Shown one piece after another: positions 57,215-64,000 of a DNA stretch of 64,000 nt. The notes under the pieces are model-generated. The model was not told the DNA's origin. It saw only the letters and a list, made by a program, of their open reading frames with translations, and did not search any database. Numbering within the stretch: the first letter of the stretch is position 1; the number at the start of each line of letters is the position of its first letter. This DNA comes from Psammoneis japonica. Taxonomy: Eukaryota. Both the position numbers and the translations under genes were made by a program. Where the stretch lies: assembly GCA_008632985.1 (NCBI GenBank), contig QPGO01000117.1:1-64000 (forward strand), written 5' to 3'.

Positions 57215-59038
57215 ATGGCAGAGCCACTGTTTGCTGCTGCCTTTGCCGCTGGGGTGTTGGAGGGAGGATCTATTTTATGGAGCGCTCAAGGAGCTTCTGA
57301 AGAGAATGACGATAATGATAAGTCGTCCTCGCCTCCTCATGTTATGATCGGTGTGTCATCTCTGTTGTATGGCACCGCCGCGCTTCCCGCTTCCGTTATT
57401 GGAGCTTCACCAGGGCCTTCAATTCTATCGAGACTTCCCTACTGTCCTCCTTTACTTGTTGAGGTGCCAGAGCATGCAAAAGCTTCAGAAGCAACGAATG
57501 AGAATGATTCAGGGGTGGCTCAGGAACGCGCTTCAGAGTCTGGAGCACCGCCAGAAGAGAAGCCAATGTCTCAAGTCGAAAGACGCTCTGAGCTGATTCG
57601 TCGGGCACGCGAGGAGAATCGGAAGTTGATGGCTTCCGTCAAACAGCAGCGTGCTGCAAGTAAGGTTGTTTCCCGGAGCAAGACACCAAGTGTTCCTTTG
57701 ATGAATCGCTATTTTTCAACACTTGACGGAAGGCCCCTTTCTACTCCACTAGCAGAAGGCATGAGAAGAGCTCGAATTCTTCTTGTAGGTGCAGGTTTGG
57801 TCGCAACTATTTTTTCTTATCAATCACAAAAATCGCAGGAAATTAATGATCAGACGGCAAGCGACGGATCCGATCAACCGAAATGTTCTACCCGCAATGA
57901 TAGCGTTGCCGTAAAGGATTACGTCAAGGGTCATCCAGGGGGCACTGCAATACGACTCATGAATGAACCCCATAATGGAATCATCAAGAATACTGTTCCG
58001 TTTGTCTATGGAAATCCAAGCATATGCTCAAACGACACCTCGCAAGTCTTTTGGAGACTAGGACGGTCCCCTGATGAATGGAAGCAGCTGCCGATCACCA
58101 AAGATTGGTTGATACGTCCCTCTCACTCTGAAAAGGATGGATCGATAAGTTCAGAACCTTTTTTGGTTGTGGAATCGGATATATCCTTACCCTTCTGTGA
58201 TAATGGCTTGGACCACCAAAGTTTTCAACCCGGCACCTTGGAATCTACTCGCTTCATGTCTCGCGTCATTGAGACAGCAATTGGCGGGCGTGCTGATACT
58301 TTTGGATCGATAGGCCCACTTGTTGTGTCTATCATTATAGGTTCGGAAGAACTTCTCTCTGAAACGAGACAAAATGAAATTTACGTTGATGGGCGTGCAG
58401 CTTTCGCAAAGCAGGTTGAAAATGTCTTGGAAGAACTGCGACGAACTAATTTAGATGAGGGGCTGCAGCCTGACTCCGATGGTAGTGATGCTGAAGTGGA
58501 AGCAGAGTCTGAAGGCGACAACGCTGCGATGACGCAATTTATGTCTTACTTTGATTTCGTCGGCGAGAAGATTCGACACGGCGGCGCCTCTGTTCTCAAA
58601 GTAGCATCAAAGTTGGTGGCTCGTGGAGATAACAAGATTGTTCATTTGTATACTGATAGTCAAGAGATTGCGGCATGGCTTTTGTTTACCATGCCTACAT
58701 GGACTGTTGTCTGGCACGACGTTTCCGAAAGGAACTTGGTGGATGCGGCATTTGAGCATGACGGCCTATCCGTTGTTTGTTGCAGCTCGGACGTGGCAAC
58801 CAGCATGGTTGTCACAGAATCGTTGCGGCAGGCAAACGGTGTTGATGGCGAGGTGCTGGCAATTTTCCAACACAGCTCGTCACAAGTCTCGCTCAAGTGG
58901 TTAGCGGGGGACGCATCATGCTTGTCTACAATCAGTGTTGAAAACTATCACGAAAGCCTATTTTCAGAGATTAAGCGGATGCTGAAAAGCGGGAAAACAC
59001 CGCATACAATCCAAGAGCTAATGAATGAGAGGGCATAG
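57215..59038 (+). CDS. Hypothetical protein (607 aa)
   Basis: Long uninterrupted ORF in normal-composition DNA with one or two hydrophobic segments. Confidence 0.7.
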   Translation: MAEPLFAAAFAAGVLEGGSILWSAQGASEENDDNDKSSSPPHVMIGVSSLLYGTAALPASVIGASPGPSILSRLPYCPPLLVEVPEHAKASEATNENDSGVAQERASESGAPPEEKPMSQVERRSELIRRAREENRKLMASVKQQRAASKVVSRSKTPSVPLMNRYFSTLDGRPLSTPLAEGMRRARILLVGAGLVATIFSYQSQKSQEINDQTASDGSDQPKCSTRNDSVAVKDYVKGHPGGTAIRLMNEPHNGIIKNTVPFVYGNPSICSNDTSQVFWRLGRSPDEWKQLPITKDWLIRPSHSEKDGSISSEPFLVVESDISLPFCDNGLDHQSFQPGTLESTRFMSRVIETAIGGRADTFGSIGPLVVSIIIGSEELLSETRQNEIYVDGRAAFAKQVENVLEELRRTNLDEGLQPDSDGSDAEVEAESEGDNAAMTQFMSYFDFVGEKIRHGGASVLKVASKLVARGDNKIVHLYTDSQEIAAWLLFTMPTWTVVWHDVSERNLVDAAFEHDGLSVVCCSSDVATSMVVTESLRQANGVDGEVLAIFQHSSSQVSLKWLAGDASCLSTISVENYHESLFSEIKRMLKSGKTPHTIQELMNERA

Positions 59039-59073
59039 CGAGTGGAATTCCAAACTATCCGTTATTGGAGATC

Positions 59074-62000
59074 TTATGCAGAAGCGCTGCTAGCTAAGGA
59101 AGGGTGCATCGAATCACCGTTGAAGCTCACGAAGCCATTAGAAGAGTGCTGACGGCGTCGCTGGGGTTTCGTCTTTGTGATGAGAGTGTAGTCGATGATC
59201 TCTGGCTCGAATCGCTTTGAATGCCGTTCTGGGACCCATTTGCTCGGCCTCTCCCATGACCAACTCGGTGAAACAGTTTTCACGCTACCACTGTGTTTTC
59301 GCGCCGAATGCTCGCTCATGTTACCATCCCACTCTGTGTCCTTTATCCAACGCTTTGGTACCCGATGGATTCCGATCGCAAATACCTCCAGATCCCCATC
59401 CTTAGTTACATGGACTCGCAAGAAATTTTTCCAATGACGGATACGCAATGACGAGAAGCCTTCGTTCGGCTGCGCTTTGAAGACATTGAGAGTCAGCGCG
59501 AGCCATGTACCAATGACATTTCCGGCGAAAGGAATCGCAAGGATGAAAAAATACAGACTCATCGCTGCCAGATACGCCAAGATTGTGCCGCGGTCAATCA
59601 GAAAGAATCGCCGTTTGTCGCTACGAAGCAAGCAGTCCATGCCTTTTGAACACAGGATCTTACACATGTCAGTATGCTTTTGCGCGATCGTGCCTGGTAA
59701 ATCAAAGACGTCAAGGGTTGTCTCAATCAGCGGGACACGTTCATAAACCCAAGTTGTTGCATTGGCAACAAGACCATAGGCCTGTGCGTGCAACTGGCTT
59801 TTAAAATCCTGACTCAGTCCCTCATTTGCTGGCGGTATTGCGGAACTAAAAAAGTCTGAGAAGTGCTCCCTGTATTCGGCGTATAGCGAAGAGGCCAGGT
59901 CTATTGCATCATCCTTCTTTGGGCGTTTTATCTTTTTTGCAGTGGAAAGCACCTTTACGATTCCTTCTTGAATGCTCCATTCCGTCATGCATTCCACAAA
60001 GACAAGGCAAACCAATGCGGAACCGACATGGCTTACAGTGTGTGATAATCCCCAGAGCAGGCGCGTTGACGTCTTCAACTTGCTGTCGGTACACAAATAA
60101 TGCGCAATCGCCAGTCCGATTGTAAAGACCAATGAGATTTTTCCTGTGGCGAAGATTTCGATCATCAGACCAAGGACGGTCTTTGCAAGCCACATAATGA
60201 GGTAAAGAATGCTGTGCGACGAGTTGAATGAAAGGTAATCAGCTAGAAGTGCAGCGCAAGAGTAGGAGGATTGAGTGCGGACAGAGACATGTTTCGAGTA
60301 ACGATGACCGAAGCATATGAAAAAGCTTACAGTAGATGCCACACAGAGGGAAGAAAGAAGAGGCAACACCGAAATAAATAGTTGCTCCAAACATGTCGAA
60401 CGCCCAGTTTCGCCATCGGAACTGTCAACGGGTGAAAAGCGGGGGTGAGAACATGTCAAACCAACGTCCACAAGGTCGAAACTGTATCGTACCTGCCACA
60501 TGTTGAGCCATCCAAGACGATACGATGTCTTTTCATCTGGATAGGCGCAAACTCTTGTATAGCCATCTTGATCTTCCCCCACTCTGATGTTCTTTTCGTA
60601 TGTGTGGCTATCGAAAGAAATGGCTCGTCGCAGTGAGTTGCTGTTTGGACGATCTTAAGTTGAAAATTAGAGATACTTACGTTCCATGCAAGAAAGCACC
60701 ACCTCCCCCCGATACGATGAGCTGAGGAAGAGATTTGACTTGTGTGGCTCCGTCCTCTGATGATCGAGGACGCACTGGCACGTGTCGAGTGTAGTGATGG
60801 AGATCTCCTGCAAATCGCGCTCTTATTCTCCTACCGAGATGATGCTTCATCAACTCGCGTAGATAGCTCTCCGGTAAATCATCAGGGCCCCTTTTCTCGT
60901 CGGCACTCAAGACCCAGTGAGGCTCGTGTGTCAAAACGATGCATGAATCCGTGGGACCCATTTCATTGCTCACGACATTGACGAAAAAATTGAACTGAAG
61001 AAAGAACCGGGTCAGATGTGTCGGTGCCTCGCTTCTGCGTCGGGTTATCAATATCAAGATGTCGGTACTACACAACTTACTTGATTCAGGTCAATGTCGG
61101 CGGATAGTCCCAGGTCGAAAGCAAAGAGCCACCAACCATGAGTGAGCTTCAGTGCAAAATATGAACGCTTTTGGGGCATGAGCCAGCCTCCGAGCCAGTC
61201 TCGAGAAAGGATATAGCGGTTGTATGTTATAAGACCGTCAAACCTGATGCACCGCAGTTTCAGGAGATTCGTCAGGTGCCTGGGTTGGGTTGACGATTTC
61301 ACGTTAAATGAGAAGAAAATGGACTTACCAGTCGTGATTTCCGGGGATGGCGAAAACGCTCGGCCCTTTATACAGCTTCAGAAGCTCATGCGCAGGTTGC
61401 TTCTTCGATACGTCCTTTTGAAAACAGTGCTTCCACCCTTTCACAGGAAGAGCGGGTTTTCTTACTGATATCTGTTCTCGTCGAAATGAAGGGGGAGGGG
61501 ACATAGCGTCCTCAAAGGTGCGAAAGAATCTCTTCTCGTAGCTATTGCAAGAGATGGGGGTAGAGTTTAGATCAAGCCGAAATTCAAAGTAGGACAGTTA
61601 AATCATCATAACCTTTGTCCATAGAAAAGCTCACCTTTCTTCATTCGGATGCGGATAAGCTAAGTCGCCCCCGATCACCAAGAATTGTCCTCTTGGCAAC
61701 ACTCTTGCTGGCGTACGTCGCGATTTGACGTAAAGCTTGGGTTGTGCCAGCATTCTAGCCACTTGGTAAGAGGAGTCGAACCCATCCCCACAATCAGCTA
61801 CAAAGTCGAACCACATCTCCTGTTTGTCCTCCAGTGATGAATCTTCGTTGCATTCGACGCTCGGTCGACAGTCAAACAAGGACCCTGGAGGGTAATTGCT
61901 TGGGTCGAACCTTCTGGGAGAAGAGGTTTCAGTTTCGCCTTCAATATGGCTCTCTGACCTTTCGACCACTGCTGGTTGCATAAGACTTCTTGCATCGAAT

Positions 62001-63254
62001 CTCCCTAAAAACACTTTCAACTCAATCAATGTATCAAAGACGGTATGAACTAGCAGAATCGAGTACCACGACACCTGTGTAAATACGGATGTAGTGTTAG
62101 AAGTCCATGTCGAGAAAGTCACAAAATACAAATTGCAGCAACGGGTTTGTTTACCATTGGCATAGTTCCTTCTGGTCTTTCAAGTGTTTCATCCTCTGTA
62201 GACTTCTCTTCAGAAAGGTCGTCGTCTTCATTCGAGTAGACGGACGACGAATCTTCAATGAACTCTGTACTATCTTCACGATCCGAGAGGTATCCACTAA
62301 CTCCAGTTCGTGATATTACATCTTGATGACCATTGAGATCCATCAATGAGCCAACACTTGGGTGACTTGGTAGAGAAGCTGGTTTTTGTATCAAATTCTT
62401 TCCACCGAATTCATCCAGAAAGTGAACAGCTAGAATTACAAGCACGAATGCTCCCCAAACACACCAAATGTATGACTCGTGAACACCATGGCCACCATCC
62501 GTTTCTTGGTGATCCATCAAGCCACCAAATGTCAGCGGAGAAAATAATACCCGACAGACAGCCCCAGCACCATCTTCGACCTCTACCTTAAAGGCCGACA
62601 TGTCACTTGACCAGCAATGTGCAAACAAGAAACAGACACCGGCAGAACACAGAGCAGAAGTCCGTACAAGTTTACGAAAGGGTCGTTGAAATGCAACCAT
62701 GACGGGTCGCTTCTTTTTTCTGTGAGGATAATCTTTCAGCTCATTTCTTTGCTTGATTTCATCATAGGCATAGTACATGACACGTATAATCAGCCGTCCA
62801 AAGACAAGAGCAGCAATCGTGGCAAACATCATGGGGAAAAAGAGAGCTGCCGCCGTGATTTCATTGTAGTGAGAAGAAAAGTGCGGAATCACAGTCAAAG
62901 CGGTTGCCGATAAGACCCATCCGTAAAGAAGAATTGTCATGTGTGTATAAGTGGATGCCGAACGCCGCTCACGCTGAGAAAGCAACAGAGAACACACAAC
63001 ACACGAGATTGTTGGAATAGAGCCTCAAGAAAAAAGAAAGTTAGAAGCACACTACCGCATCGCAACCTTACCAATGGATTGATAAAAGCTGATGCACTCG
63101 ATCGGAAAAACAGAACCAATAATAATAACATTGTCACAGAAATCCAAGACATAAACTGCTCTTCCGTCTTGACACCAGAAAAGTCAAAGTAGGACGGCAT
63201 TGTCGTATTCCTCGCCGCTGGAACCTTTCGTTCAACTTTAATCATTGGCGACAT
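59074..63254 (-). CDS. Membrane-bound calcineurin-like metallophosphoesterase, multi-exon
   Basis: WFDFVADCGDG, GGDLAYP, IPGNHD|WFDGL split across an intron, GDLHHY and SGGGGAFLH, plus multiple TM helices. Confidence 0.88.
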
Positions 63255-64000
63255 TTTCAATAGCAATCATATAAAGCAATCGATGATCCTTTCCTTCATA
63301 GGACGCCTTGTCGTTTGAAAACAATGCTTTGTTCTCATTCAAAAAAGGCCGTGACAAGTGTCGAAGTGTGTGATGTCGACTTCACGTGCTGGAGCTGGGA
63401 ACCCGCCAGAATGTTGAAGTGTGGCCGATTGACACGGGAAACCCGGATATTACTTGTCAGTACTATCAGCGTAGAAACCTACGGTGAGTCAGTGACTCAG
63501 TCGTGTTTTTCGAAACCGCGAACACGTAACCCACGACTGCCTCGCCATGTACTTTTGATTATTCCGATCGTTCGCGTCGCGGTCCTTCGTCCGGACCTCA
63601 TCACCGTCCCGAACTGGAACGAGTTTGAAGTTGTATGTTGCATGTTGCATCGGCCACTCTGTCACCATATGATACTTCACTTTATCATCTCTTTTGAGTG
63701 TGGCCGTTTAGCTTAGAGCCGAAAACCATAGTTTTGAGATTCAAAAGCACGCATCAATGAAGAATCGCGTTGAATATCGAGGGATCAGAAGACTAACGAG
63801 TTCCGCACGCCTGAATCATCATTGCCGGTCAACACTCGTTGCAGCATCATGTCGTTTTCTTTCCGTCGGGAGTAGAGACTTCAAAATATATGGCACCATT
63901 CCAAAGCATGGCAAGGGTGTTGAAATCTCACAGTATGCAGAGGTAAAGGTCGCTTGAACTTTGATCTGCGTTCCTGTACGTAGCCGAGATTGATTCTCAA

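Overview
Eukaryotic genomic DNA with short GT-AG introns. The gene set and TE families suggest a pennate diatom (inference). The window alternates between two states. (1) Normal gene-dense blocks at about 7.6-15.85 kb and 41.8-64 kb carry two divergent sulfotransferases, dynactin p150, an astacin/HYR protease, neutral ceramidase, an epimerase-like/DUF616 protein, a plant-type tRNA ligase, a metallophosphoesterase and hypothetical proteins. (2) Repeat-rich blocks at 1-7.6 kb and about 15.9-41.3 kb have lost most TpA dinucleotides to TpG/CpA. Three LTR pairs show this directly: by-eye alignment finds only transitions, mostly TA/TG/CA, some CG/TG/CA and a few AA/AG, and the CpGs of one pair are fully conserved. 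This points to a repeat- or heterochromatin-targeted A:T->G:C hypermutation process, opposite in direction to fungal RIP, that also rewrites nearby host genes (Tyr->Cys/His). Other notable items are a 449-bp TRIM carrying a tRNA-derived Pol III A/B-box module, a CAC...GTG TIR element and a TA-TSD MITE. All counts and alignments were done by eye and no database searches were run.
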